Shown: in pieces, positions 20,862-30,273 of the stretch | How positions within the stretch are numbered: position 1 is the stretch's first letter | How the letters are laid out: every line of letters begins with the position of its first letter | From: Alphaproteobacteria bacterium | Lineage (GTDB): Bacteria; Pseudomonadota; Alphaproteobacteria; UBA828 | Assembly (NCBI GenBank): GCA_965221125.1 | Contig: CBDCRW010000003.1 | Location: forward strand, 288,001 to 352,000 | Direction of reading: 5' to 3' | Length of the DNA: 64,000 nucleotides | Position numbers and translations under genes: made by a program | Notes under the pieces: model-generated | Databases searched by the model: none | What the model saw: the letters and a program-made list of their open reading frames with translations, nothing else | Told to the model about the DNA's origin: nothing

Positions 20862-22487
20862 ATGCCGCAAGACACGGCCGTTGGCGGTGACATGGCCCCG
20901 AACAAGGCTGAAGTCACGCGGCACGTTGCGCCGTCGTTTCTCAACGCCCTGCCGCACTATCTGCCACTGGGCATATTCCCGCTGATCGTGATTGCCGCGC
21001 TCTACGGCGGCTGGTGGTTGTTGCCGGCCTTCGTGTTCATGGGCGTCGCGGGGCCGCTCGATAGGGCGCTCGGCCTCGACGGGCGCAACATGGACCCGGC
21101 GATGACGTCGGAACGGCGCCTCTTCTGGCACAATCTGCCGGTCTGGGTCTGGGCGTTTCTCTGGCCAGCGACGCTGATCTTCGCCATGTGGCAAATCCTC
21201 GTCGCGGATCAGTTCGCCCTTTGGGAAGACGTGCTGCTGGCGATCATTCTGACCATGGAAGCGCAGGCCGTGTTCGTGGTCGGTCACGAGCTGGTTCATC
21301 GCCGCGCGACCTGGGAAAGGCGGCTCGGAGAATTCCTGCTCGCCTCCGCCTCCTATCCGCAATACGCCACGGAGCATGTCTATATCCACCATGCCAAGGT
21401 CGGCACGCCGCACGACGTAGGCTCCGCGCCCAAGGGGGAAAGTTTCTGGCGATATTTCCCCAGGGAAGTCGCAAGCAACCTCACCAACTCCTGGAAAGTC
21501 GCCGGCGAGCGCCTGGCACGGCGCCGGTTGCCCGTGTGGCATTACAGCAATCCGTTCTGGCGCTACGGCATCGCCCTCGCGTGCTGGTACGGGCTGGTGT
21601 TCTGGATGAGCGGCGGCTGGGCGGTGCCGGTCTTCGCCTTCCTCGGGCTCTGCTGCGTCTTTTCCATGAAGATCAGCAATTATTTTCAGCACTACGGGCT
21701 GCGCCGCATCCGTCTGCCCAACGGCCGGTGGGAGAAGGTATTGCCGCGCCATTCCTGGAGCGCCGACTGGAAGTTCAGCAACTGGATGTTCTTCAACATG
21801 CAGCGCCATGCGGATCACCATGCCGCCGCATCCCGCCACTACCCCCTGCTCCAGGCTCTCGGCTCCGACGAATCGCCGGTCCTTCCGGGAACATATGCCG
21901 ACATGATGAACATCGTGCTGCGGCCCAAGCGCTGGTTCGCGAAGATGGATCCGCTGGTCGATCAATGGCGCGCGCACTTCTACCCGCAGATCGACGACTG
22001 GAGCGCCTACGACAGCCGCCTTTCCGCCGCGCGGCCCGACGCCTTCGAGGCGATCGTCGAGATCTTCGGCGCGGCCCCGCGGCTTGCGGCGTGGATCGAA
22101 CGCAATTCGGAGCTCCTGGATAACCTGCAGGACCGCGAGTTCACCGACCTCGACCTGCCGAAGGGATTCGGACCGGACCAGGAATACGAAACCATCGCGC
22201 GGCGCGGGCTCGCGCGACTCTATTGGACGCACGAAATGGGCGTCCCGGACCTGAAGGACCGGGTCTCCGAATTGCCGATGGCCGATGCCAGGGAAGCCGC
22301 CGAGATCGTGCGGAACTGGTCGAACGACAAGGCGTTCCAGATCGGCATGCACGTGGTGCGCGGAAATCTTTCTCCGGCCGAGGCACAGATCGCGCTCTCC
22401 AACCTGGCCGAGGCGGCAGTCTCCACCGTGCTGGCTGCCGTCGCTGCGGATCGCGTCGACCGCGCCGGGTGTTGTTTTCCGGTCTAG
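20862..22487 (+). pseudogene. 5' part of a transposon-split AlkB-type membrane di-iron monooxygenase / GlnE-like fusion
   Basis: His boxes HELVHR, EHVYIHH, NYFQHYGL, QRHADHH; GlnE-like helical region follows; last five residues CCFPV come from the transposon end. Confidence 0.8.
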
Positions 22488-22838
22488 CCGGATAGAAGCA
22501 CGGGTTTTTTTCTCACTTTGATTGGTTGGTGGATTTCCCGGGATGGTGGCCGAGTGCGGGAAGGACGCTGCCTGCGGCATTTTTTTGATCCTCAGCAGAA
22601 TCCTCATTGCTGTTGAAGCTGTGGAGCGGTGGGCGCGAGATCGGCGAGTGTGGTCAGGCGGTGGGCAAGCGCCAGCTTGTCCACGGGCTGTCCACACGGT
22701 CCGCAGGACGCCGATCGGTCCGCAGGACGCGTCCACGGCTCCACAGCTTGGCGGCGGCGGGGAGCGTCCGTAATCTTGGCCTCTCACTGAACGACAAAGA
22801 GAGGCCCGGGGGACGGAACTCCCGCCGGGCCAGGGCCG

Positions 22839-23474
22839 GTGCAGCTTCGCTACGAAACGGGGCTCACCAGCGAGGAATACGTTAAGACCGAGGCGTGGCG
22901 CGACGCAAGGCTTGAGCGCTGCCCGAATCACCCGCACGGCGGATGTTCTGTGGCAAGCCACGGCACCTACGAGCGGAAGACCCCGCCCGGCGCAAGGGTT
23001 CCTCGCTGGTATTGCCGTGAGAGCCATACGACCATCGGCCTGCTGGCCGACTGTCTGGCGGCGCGGCTGCCGGGCACGCTCGATGCGCTGGAAGCGGTTG
23101 TTGTCGTGGCGGAGGAGGCCGGCAGCCTGGAGGAGGCAGCGGACGAGGTGCGCTGCCCCGAGGACGAGGACGCCATCGAGCTTCCCGGCGCCGTGCGTTG
23201 GATCCGCCGCAGGCTGAAGCTTGTGCACGACGCGCTTGTGCGCGTCATCGGCCTGATCCCCGACCTGCTCGCGGGCTGCGCGCCCACCATGAGCGCGGTG
23301 CGCGAGCGTCTGAAGAGCGACAGCGCGTTGATGGAACTGCGCGGCCTGGTCGCCGGGCAGCTCCGGACGCTACCCGCGCCTCTGGGCTTCCAACCCCACG
23401 GCATCGACGTGGGGAATCGCAAACCGCAGTTCCAACAACGGGCGGGGCCGGACCCGCCGCCGGAGAGTTCGTAG
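22839..23474 (+). CDS. Transposon-associated Cys/His zinc-ribbon-like protein (DUF6431-like)
   Basis: CPNH...C...HGTYER...RWYCRESH...LL pattern directly upstream of the transposase. Confidence 0.6.
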   Translation: MQLRYETGLTSEEYVKTEAWRDARLERCPNHPHGGCSVASHGTYERKTPPGARVPRWYCRESHTTIGLLADCLAARLPGTLDALEAVVVVAEEAGSLEEAADEVRCPEDEDAIELPGAVRWIRRRLKLVHDALVRVIGLIPDLLAGCAPTMSAVRERLKSDSALMELRGLVAGQLRTLPAPLGFQPHGIDVGNRKPQFQQRAGPDPPPESS

Positions 23475-23519
23475 CGTGACGATCCCGGGGCCAGGGAGTC
23501 CCTGAACGAGGATCGCACC

Positions 23520-24848
23520 ATGAACAGCTCAGACGACGACCTTCGCCAACAGATCGCGCTCTTCCGATACGACGTCATCGCCGATCTGGTGCATCTGCCC
23601 GTGGGTGCACCGGGTGCCGGCGCGATGATGCGCGCCAAAGCCGAGAAGACCTACACGATCCCCGGAACCACCAGGACCCGGGTCGCCGCCGAGACCATGC
23701 GGCGCTGGATCAAGGACTACCGCTACGGCGGCTTCGACGCGCTCTACCCCAAGCCCCGCACCGACCGGGGGAAGCCCCGGCGGCTGCCGCCCGAGGTCGC
23801 CGAGCGCCTCATCGCGCTGAAGACCGAGAACGACGCATTGTCGGTTCGCGCCATCATCCAGAAGGTCAAGGAGGAGGGTATCGACCACCCGCTCGCCTCG
23901 TCCACCGTGCACCGCCTCTTCAGCCGCGAGGGCCTGTTCGACAAGAAGCCGCCCGACGGGGCGGATCGCCGCCGCTTCGCCTTCCGGCATGCCGGCGAGA
24001 TGTGGATGAGCGACGTCATGCACGGACCCAAGGTCCGGCACGGCCGAACCCGGCGCAAGACCTACCTGATCGCCTTCATCGACGACGCCACCCGCGTCAT
24101 CCCGTTCGCCGCCTTCGCCATGGCGGAGAACACTGCGGCGTTCCTGCCGGTGTTCAAGGACGCGCTGATCCGGCGCGGCCTCCCGGCCCGCTTGTACGTC
24201 GACAACGGAAGCGCCTACCGCTCCCGTCATCTCTCCCTGGTCTGCGCCAGGCTCGGCGTTGCGTTGATTCACGCAAGGGCGTTCCAGCCAGCGGGAAAGG
24301 GTAAGATCGAGCGCTTCTTCCGCACCCTCCGGGCCGGCTGGCTCCGCCACCTCGGCGATGACGTCGACAGCCTGGAGGCGCTCAACCGCAGCCTCTGGGC
24401 CTGGATCGAGGGGGAGTATCACAACAGCCCGCATCGTGGCCTCGACGAGGGGCGCACCCCGCTTGAGCAGTGGGCGCTGGCCTCGGCCGGCGTGCGCTAT
24501 CCCGACGCCACCATGGACCTCGACGATCTGTTCCTCTTCGAGGCCAGGCGCCGTGTCTACAAGGACCGCACCGTTAGTCTGAACGGCCGCGTCTACGAGG
24601 TCGACGCCCTCCTGGTGGGTCAGAACGTCATCCTGCGCTACGACCCGGCCGCGCCGCCCTCGCGCCCTCTCGACGTGGTCCATGACGGCAAGCCGGCCGG
24701 CAAGGCCAGCCCTCTCGACGCCTACGCCAATACCGCCGTCAGGCGCACCTACCCGGCCAGGGAGATCGAGGCCGAAGATCCGGCGCCCGAGCCTCCGCCC
24801 TCGCCGCTGGCCATGCGCAACCTCAAGGACAAGAAGGAGGACGAGTGA
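23520..24848 (+). CDS. DDE transposase/integrase with N-terminal HTH and Mu-type C-terminal domain
   Basis: WMSD (D), YVDNGSAY (D), GKGKIERFF (E); RRVYKDRTVSLNGRVYEV. Confidence 0.93.
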   Translation: MNSSDDDLRQQIALFRYDVIADLVHLPVGAPGAGAMMRAKAEKTYTIPGTTRTRVAAETMRRWIKDYRYGGFDALYPKPRTDRGKPRRLPPEVAERLIALKTENDALSVRAIIQKVKEEGIDHPLASSTVHRLFSREGLFDKKPPDGADRRRFAFRHAGEMWMSDVMHGPKVRHGRTRRKTYLIAFIDDATRVIPFAAFAMAENTAAFLPVFKDALIRRGLPARLYVDNGSAYRSRHLSLVCARLGVALIHARAFQPAGKGKIERFFRTLRAGWLRHLGDDVDSLEALNRSLWAWIEGEYHNSPHRGLDEGRTPLEQWALASAGVRYPDATMDLDDLFLFEARRRVYKDRTVSLNGRVYEVDALLVGQNVILRYDPAAPPSRPLDVVHDGKPAGKASPLDAYANTAVRRTYPAREIEAEDPAPEPPPSPLAMRNLKDKKEDE

Positions 24849-25648
24849 TGTACCTGCGCCACTTCGCCTTCACCCGCCTGCCCTTCGAGACCCCGGCAGA
24901 GACCGACGAGCTGTTCGAGTCCAACGCGCGCCGCGAGGCCGAGGCCAGGCTCGGCCACCTCATCGACCTGCGCGGCATCGGCCTGCTCACCGGCGAGGTG
25001 GGCTCCGGCAAGACCACCGTGTGCCGGCATCTGACCGCGCAGCTTCATCCAGGCCTCTACCGGGTCCACTACGTCTCGCTGACCACGGGCAACGTGCTCG
25101 ACATGTACAAGGCGATCGCGTGGGAGATCGGCCTGCCCATCGAGCGCTCCCGCGCCTCGGCCTATCAGGCCATCCGAAACGAGATCTCCCGCCTCGTCAC
25201 CGAGGCCAAGCAGCTGCCGGTCCTCGTCATCGACGAGGCCCATCATCTGCGCAACGACGTCCTTGAGGACCTGCGCCTGCTCACCAACTTCGCCATGGAT
25301 GCAGAGCAGCGCCTGTGCCTCGTCCTCGTCGGTCTGACCGAGCTCAGGCGCCGCCTGGCCATGGCCATGCACGAATCCCTCAGCCAGCGCCTCGTCGTCC
25401 GCCACCACCTGAGCGGTCTCGACCGCGACGAGGTCGACGCTTACATCAAGCACCGCCTCAGGCTCGCGGGATGCGAACTGCCGCTGTTCGAAGAGCCCGC
25501 CGTCGAGGCCCTGTTCCAGGGCGCGCGCGGCCTGCCGCGCCAGATCAACCGCATCGCCCACTACGCGCTCTCCGCCGCCGCTCTCGACGAGGCGAGGACC
25601 GTCAGTGCCGACCACCTGCAGCACGCGCTCGAGGAACTGCGGCCATGA
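24848..25648 (+). CDS. ExeA-like AAA+ ATPase (transposition helper, TnsC/MuB-like role)
   Basis: GEVGSGKT, VIDEAH, GLPRQIN; coupled to the transposase stop. Confidence 0.88.
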   Translation: MYLRHFAFTRLPFETPAETDELFESNARREAEARLGHLIDLRGIGLLTGEVGSGKTTVCRHLTAQLHPGLYRVHYVSLTTGNVLDMYKAIAWEIGLPIERSRASAYQAIRNEISRLVTEAKQLPVLVIDEAHHLRNDVLEDLRLLTNFAMDAEQRLCLVLVGLTELRRRLAMAMHESLSQRLVVRHHLSGLDRDEVDAYIKHRLRLAGCELPLFEEPAVEALFQGARGLPRQINRIAHYALSAAALDEARTVSADHLQHALEELRP

Positions 25649-26685
25649 CCGGCTTCCCGACCCGCGCCCCGATCGAGCTGGAGGAGCGGCCGCGCGAGCA
25701 GCAATGGCTGGTGGACACGCTATGGGGCGAGCAGGCCGTCGGCATCGTCGGCGGCGAGCCGAAGTGCGGCAAGTCCATCCTGGCGCTGGACCTCGCGGTC
25801 GCAGTCGCCGCCGGCGTCCCATGCCTGCGGCACTTCGCCCCGGCCCGGCCTGGCCCGGTCCTGCTGTTCGCCGCAGAAGACGCCGGCCACCTCGTGCGCA
25901 AGCGCCTGCAGGGGATCGCCCGCGCCGCAGGCGCCCGCTTCGAGACCCTCGACATCGCCGTCATCGACGTGCCCACACTGCGCCTCGACCATCTCGACGA
26001 CCGCCGCCGCCTGCAGCAGACCGTGGAGCGCATCGCACCGCGCCTCGTGGTCCTCGACCCCCTGGTCCGCCTGCACGGCGTGGACGAGAACACGGTTGCG
26101 GACGTCGCCCCGATCCTCGGCTTCCTGCGCGACCTGCAACGCCGCTTCGAGACCGCCGTCCTCCTCGTCCACCACGCCCGCAAGAGCGGGGCCACGAGGC
26201 CGGGGCAGGCCCTGCGGGGCAGCAGTGAGCTGCACGCCTGGGGGGACTCGAACCTCTACCTGCGCCGCCGGGACCGGCAGACCCTCATGACCGTCGAGCA
26301 TCGCGCCGCACGCGGTCTCGACGACATCGAGATCGAGCTCAAGGAAGACGGAGAGGAGCCCTCCTTCCGGCTGCGCCAGCCGCCCACGGCCGGCGGCGGG
26401 GCGCCTCAGCCCGAAACACCCGAATGCCGCGTTCTCAAGGCGCTCGCCGACGCCGGGGCGCCGCTCTCGCAACGCCAGATCCGGGAACGCGCCGCGACCC
26501 GGCACAAGACCGTCGGCGTAATCTTGCAAAAGCTCGTCCAGGAGGGTCGCGTCGCGCGCAACGCCGAGGGCGGCTACAGCGTCGTCGCAGGCGCAGCGGA
26601 CAAGCGGGCGGCGGCCGCCGCCGCCAACGGCAGCAGTCGGCCGCAGGCCCCGCGGTTCCCGGAGCCCGGTTCCGCCAACGCCTAG
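25645..26685 (+). CDS. RecA-fold AAA_25 / RepA-like helicase with C-terminal winged HTH
   Basis: WLVDTLW, GEPKCGKS, AAED, VVLDPL, LVHHARK, RGSSEL; C-terminal LSQRQIRE...LQKLVQEGRV. Confidence 0.8.
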   Translation: MTGFPTRAPIELEERPREQQWLVDTLWGEQAVGIVGGEPKCGKSILALDLAVAVAAGVPCLRHFAPARPGPVLLFAAEDAGHLVRKRLQGIARAAGARFETLDIAVIDVPTLRLDHLDDRRRLQQTVERIAPRLVVLDPLVRLHGVDENTVADVAPILGFLRDLQRRFETAVLLVHHARKSGATRPGQALRGSSELHAWGDSNLYLRRRDRQTLMTVEHRAARGLDDIEIELKEDGEEPSFRLRQPPTAGGGAPQPETPECRVLKALADAGAPLSQRQIRERAATRHKTVGVILQKLVQEGRVARNAEGGYSVVAGAADKRAAAAAANGSSRPQAPRFPEPGSANA

Positions 26686-27095
26686 GGGTTCGAGCCGGAA
26701 CCGCCGTCGGGAACCACCCTTCCCCAACGGTCCGGAAGGCGCTGCGCCTCCACCGGGATACTACGTCAGGTGAGCGGCCAGTCCGTGGCCGGAAGCTTGC
26801 TTCAGGCCATGGCAGCACTTCGTCGTGTGGACGGTGGCGAGTCACCCGAAGGGCCGAAGCGAAGCGCAGGAGCGGCGCAGCCGCTTGACGCGCCGACGGC
26901 CGCGCGACACCTCGTCAGCTCTCCTCAAGCACCAGTCCAAACCTCAATCAGACAGCGACCCCGGACCGCCCGCAGAGACCATGAGCTCCTACGCTTCGAT
27001 CCGGAAAAGACCGAGCAATCTGGGAAATCAGGGCAGCGATCACGTCAAATAATCTGGGAGATTCGGCGTCAAATAACGTGCGAAACAACACCGGG

Positions 27096-27914
27096 CCGCT
27101 GCGGGGCGGCGGGATCGCCGCGGTATTCCTCGGCGATCTCGCGAGCCGGGAGGCGTACCCCGGCGTTGCCATCGACATGCTGTTCGTCCACGACGGCCCG
27201 GAAATCGGCGAGAATGAACGCCTGTGTCGGCGCTTCCGAAAATCTCTCACCGCTCTCGCGCGCGACAGTCTGTTGTTCTCCCCGGTTCCGCCCCGCGCGC
27301 AGGCCCTTCCCGCGCTGCCGCTTTCCGAGCTGGCCGAGCGTTGTAGCGATCTTTCTGCCGACGGAATTCCCGTCCTCACCAGGGCACGCTGCGTGTTCGC
27401 GTGCGGCGATTCCGATATCGGCCGCCGCTTCGGCGAAGCGCGGGGCGAAGCGCTGGCCGCGTGCGTGGCAGACGAGTCCCTGATCGCCCAGCTTCGTGCG
27501 CGGCGCGAAGACCCGGCCGCAACGGGCGTCTCCAACTACGCCCGCATGCGCGGCGGCCTGGAGGATGTCGAGAGGGCCGCGCGAACCCTGCAGGTGACGA
27601 ATGCCGACGCCGCCGTCCCCGACCCGGCGCCGAGCGCTGCGGCGGTGCTCGATGCCGCCGGTGCCCAGGACCTGGCGCAGGCTGCGGCCTTGTGGCGGGA
27701 CCTGCAGGGCATCACGCGCCTCGTCGGCGATGAAAAATTCGACGCGGCCGAGGCGCGGCCCAGGGTCAGGTCTCTCGTTGCGAGCGCGTGCGGGCACGAG
27801 GATTTCGACGCGCTGACGGCGGCGGTCACTGATACCGCATCCCGCGCCGCCGCCCGGATCGACTCGCTTGGTCTCGCGGGCGCCAAGGACGCGCCCGCTC
27901 TTTCGCGCACCTGA
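27096..27914 (+). pseudogene. 3' part of the split AlkB/GlnE-like fusion (degenerate nucleotidyltransferase fold)
   Basis: LGDLASREAYPGVAIDMLFV, TRARCVF and RGGLEDVE recall GlnE; in frame with 20862 once the transposon is removed. Confidence 0.75.
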
Positions 27915-27946
27915 ACGCGCCGGCCGATCCGGCCCGAAAAACCTGA

Positions 27947-30265
27947 ATGCCGGCGCAGACGGACACGCAGCCCCCGCGCGGGATACTGACCAGAACGACG
28001 CTTGCGGACCGGGGCGCCGTCACGCTCCCCGCGCTCGCCCCGCACCTGCAGTTCCGCGATATCGGCGAGCGGCAGACGCTGCTGGTCTCGGAATCGTTCA
28101 ACACGCTGCTGCACGGCGCGCTCCACTGCGATCTGCTGCCCCTGCTCGATGGCCGGCGCCCGCAGGACGAGATCGTCGCGGCGCTGGAGGGCGCCCACGC
28201 CGCGGCGGACGTTCGTGCGGCCATCACCGCGCTCGCCGCCAAGGGCTATGTCGTCTCCGCCGATCACGGCATGGAGCGGTGCCGGGCGGCCTACTGGTCG
28301 TCGCTCGGCGCATCGCCGCGCTGGGTCGAGGAGCGGCTCGCGGAATCGCGCGTCACGGTGGAAGGCGACGACGGCCGCCTGGTCCGCCATCTGCGAGAGA
28401 GCGGCGCCAGCGTGGGGGCTGGCGACCCGACGCTCACCGTCGTCGTCTGCGACGACTATCTCGACGCCCGCCTCGCGGACGTGAACCGGCGGCAACTCGA
28501 GGCGCGAGCGCCGTGGACGCTGCTGCGGCCGCGCGGCATGGAAGCGTTGTTCGGCCCCGTCTTTCGTGCGGACGGACAAGGCCCCTGCTGGGATTGCCTG
28601 GCGAGCCGCCTGCGCGGCCACCAGGAAGTCCACAGCTTCTTGCGCACCATTGCCGGCGAAGATGCCGCCTTCAAGCCGTTCGCGGCTCAGCCCGCGGTGC
28701 TGGAGGCGCTCTGCGGTTTGATCGCGGCGGAGATCGTCAAGTGGCTGTTGCTGGACGACGCGGCCCCCCTCCACGAACACGCGATCACGATGAACGTCGG
28801 CACGTTCGCAAGCGCGCAGCATCCGGTGATGCGCCGGCCGCAGTGCCTCGCCTGCGGCGACGACGCGTTGCATCGCCCGGACCGCCCGCCGGCGCCGCTC
28901 GCTCTGAAGGCGAGCCCCAAGACCCATCGCAACAGCGGCGGCGCGCGCACCGTGGCGCCGGAGGTCACGCTCGCGAAATACCGCCACCTGGTGAGCCCGG
29001 TCAGCGGTGTCGTGACCTGGCTGTCGCGCACGACCGACGAGACCGATCCCTGGCTGCACGTCTACTGGGCCGGGAGCAATCTCGGCATGAGAAGCCGGAG
29101 CCTGAGTTCGCTCAGGCGGAGCCTCCGCAGCAAGAGCGCGGGCAAGGGCAGCACGCGGGAGCAGTCGAAGGTCAGCGCGCTGTGCGAGGCGGTCGAGCGC
29201 TACTCGGGCGCGCGTCATGGCGACGAGATCCGCGTCCGCAGGCGATTCACGGAGTTCGCCGGGAGCGACGAGACGATCCATCCGAACGACGTGCAGCTCT
29301 TCAGCGCCGCTCAGCTCGACAACGCGAAGGCCATCAACGCGAAGGGCCACCCGTACAACGTCGTGCCTGCGCGCTTCGACCCCGACGCCGAGCGCGACTG
29401 GACGCCGGTGTGGTCGCTCACCCGGCAGCGGCATCGCTACCTGCCGACCTCGATGCTCTACAGCATGCCGGCCGAGCAGCGCGGCCCGGCGGACCTGATC
29501 GCCGATTCCAACGGCTGCGCCGCGGGCAACACGCTGGAAGAGGCCATCCTCCAGGGCTTCTACGAGCTGGTCGAGCGCGATGCGTTCGCCATCTGGTGGT
29601 ACAACCGGCTGCGCGTGCCGGCGGTCGACCTCGCCGGCTTCGACGACGCGTACCTCGCGTCCGCCCCGCAACAATACGCCCGCTACGAGCGCGCGCTCTG
29701 GCTGCTCGACGTCACCTCGGACATCGGCATTCCCGCGTTCGTCGCGCTCTCGCGCCGCACGCACGCCCGGACCGAGGACATCATCTACGGCGCCGGCGCC
29801 CACGCCGACCCGCGGTTGGCCGCGCTCCGCGCGCTCTGCGAGCTGAACCAGTGCCTCACCTGGCTGCCGCGCCCCGGCAAGGGCGACGGCCGGCCCATGA
29901 TCGACGATCCGCTGGCGCTCCGGTGGTGGAAGACCGCGCGGCTCGCCGATTGCTCGTGGCTGGCGCCGGCGGAGGACGCGCCGCTCCGCACGGCGTCGCA
30001 CTATCCGGCGATCGAGACGACGGACACGCGCGACGACGTGGAGCTGTGCCGCGCGCTCGTCGAAGCCAGGGGCATGGAGTTCCTGGTGCTGGATCAGACC
30101 CGGCCCGACATCGGCATGCCCGTGGCGCGCGTCATCGTGCCGGGCATGCGCCACTTCTGGGCGCGGTTCGCGCCGGGGCGCCTCTACGACGTGCCCGTCG
30201 GCATGGGCAGGCGCGCCCGCCCTCTCGCCGAAGCCGAACTGAACCCCGCACCCGTGATCGCGTGA
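27947..30265 (+). CDS. srpC: Fused TOMM cyclodehydratase (RRE + E1-like + YcaO)
   Basis: GPCWDCL, SAGKG, SALCEAVERY, SNGCAAGNTLEEAILQGFYELVERDA, C-terminal PAPVIA; symbol assigned by analogy to the recalled srp cluster. Confidence 0.9.
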   Translation: MPAQTDTQPPRGILTRTTLADRGAVTLPALAPHLQFRDIGERQTLLVSESFNTLLHGALHCDLLPLLDGRRPQDEIVAALEGAHAAADVRAAITALAAKGYVVSADHGMERCRAAYWSSLGASPRWVEERLAESRVTVEGDDGRLVRHLRESGASVGAGDPTLTVVVCDDYLDARLADVNRRQLEARAPWTLLRPRGMEALFGPVFRADGQGPCWDCLASRLRGHQEVHSFLRTIAGEDAAFKPFAAQPAVLEALCGLIAAEIVKWLLLDDAAPLHEHAITMNVGTFASAQHPVMRRPQCLACGDDALHRPDRPPAPLALKASPKTHRNSGGARTVAPEVTLAKYRHLVSPVSGVVTWLSRTTDETDPWLHVYWAGSNLGMRSRSLSSLRRSLRSKSAGKGSTREQSKVSALCEAVERYSGARHGDEIRVRRRFTEFAGSDETIHPNDVQLFSAAQLDNAKAINAKGHPYNVVPARFDPDAERDWTPVWSLTRQRHRYLPTSMLYSMPAEQRGPADLIADSNGCAAGNTLEEAILQGFYELVERDAFAIWWYNRLRVPAVDLAGFDDAYLASAPQQYARYERALWLLDVTSDIGIPAFVALSRRTHARTEDIIYGAGAHADPRLAALRALCELNQCLTWLPRPGKGDGRPMIDDPLALRWWKTARLADCSWLAPAEDAPLRTASHYPAIETTDTRDDVELCRALVEARGMEFLVLDQTRPDIGMPVARVIVPGMRHFWARFAPGRLYDVPVGMGRRARPLAEAELNPAPVIA

Positions 30266-30273
30266 GGACACCT

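Larger units (their letters stand above)
22470..27090 (+). mobile_element. 4,621-bp DDE transposon (Mu/Tn7/Tn5053-like ends) with four co-oriented genes
   Basis: Terminal IR TGTTGTTT...AAACAACA; 5-bp duplication CCGGG at 22465-22469 and 27091-27095; subterminal repeats CGTCAAATAA (27043, 27067) and AATCTGGGA (27017, 27051); removal restores the host reading frame. Confidence 0.92.

Noticed and set aside
20802-23228. 808-aa minus-strand ORF crossing the transposon junction
   Set aside because: Antisense to the AlkB gene and spans an insertion boundary; no motifs
22470-27090. Possible CRISPR-associated or TniQ-targeted Tn7 element
   Set aside because: No cas, tniQ/tnsD or tnsA gene, and no repeat-spacer array in or near the element
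27868-30273. N-terminal 800 aa of the 1174-aa ORF 27868-31392
   Set aside because: Arg/Ala/Pro-rich off-frame shadow of YcaO; only the part from ATG 30274, which has its own RBS, looks like a protein
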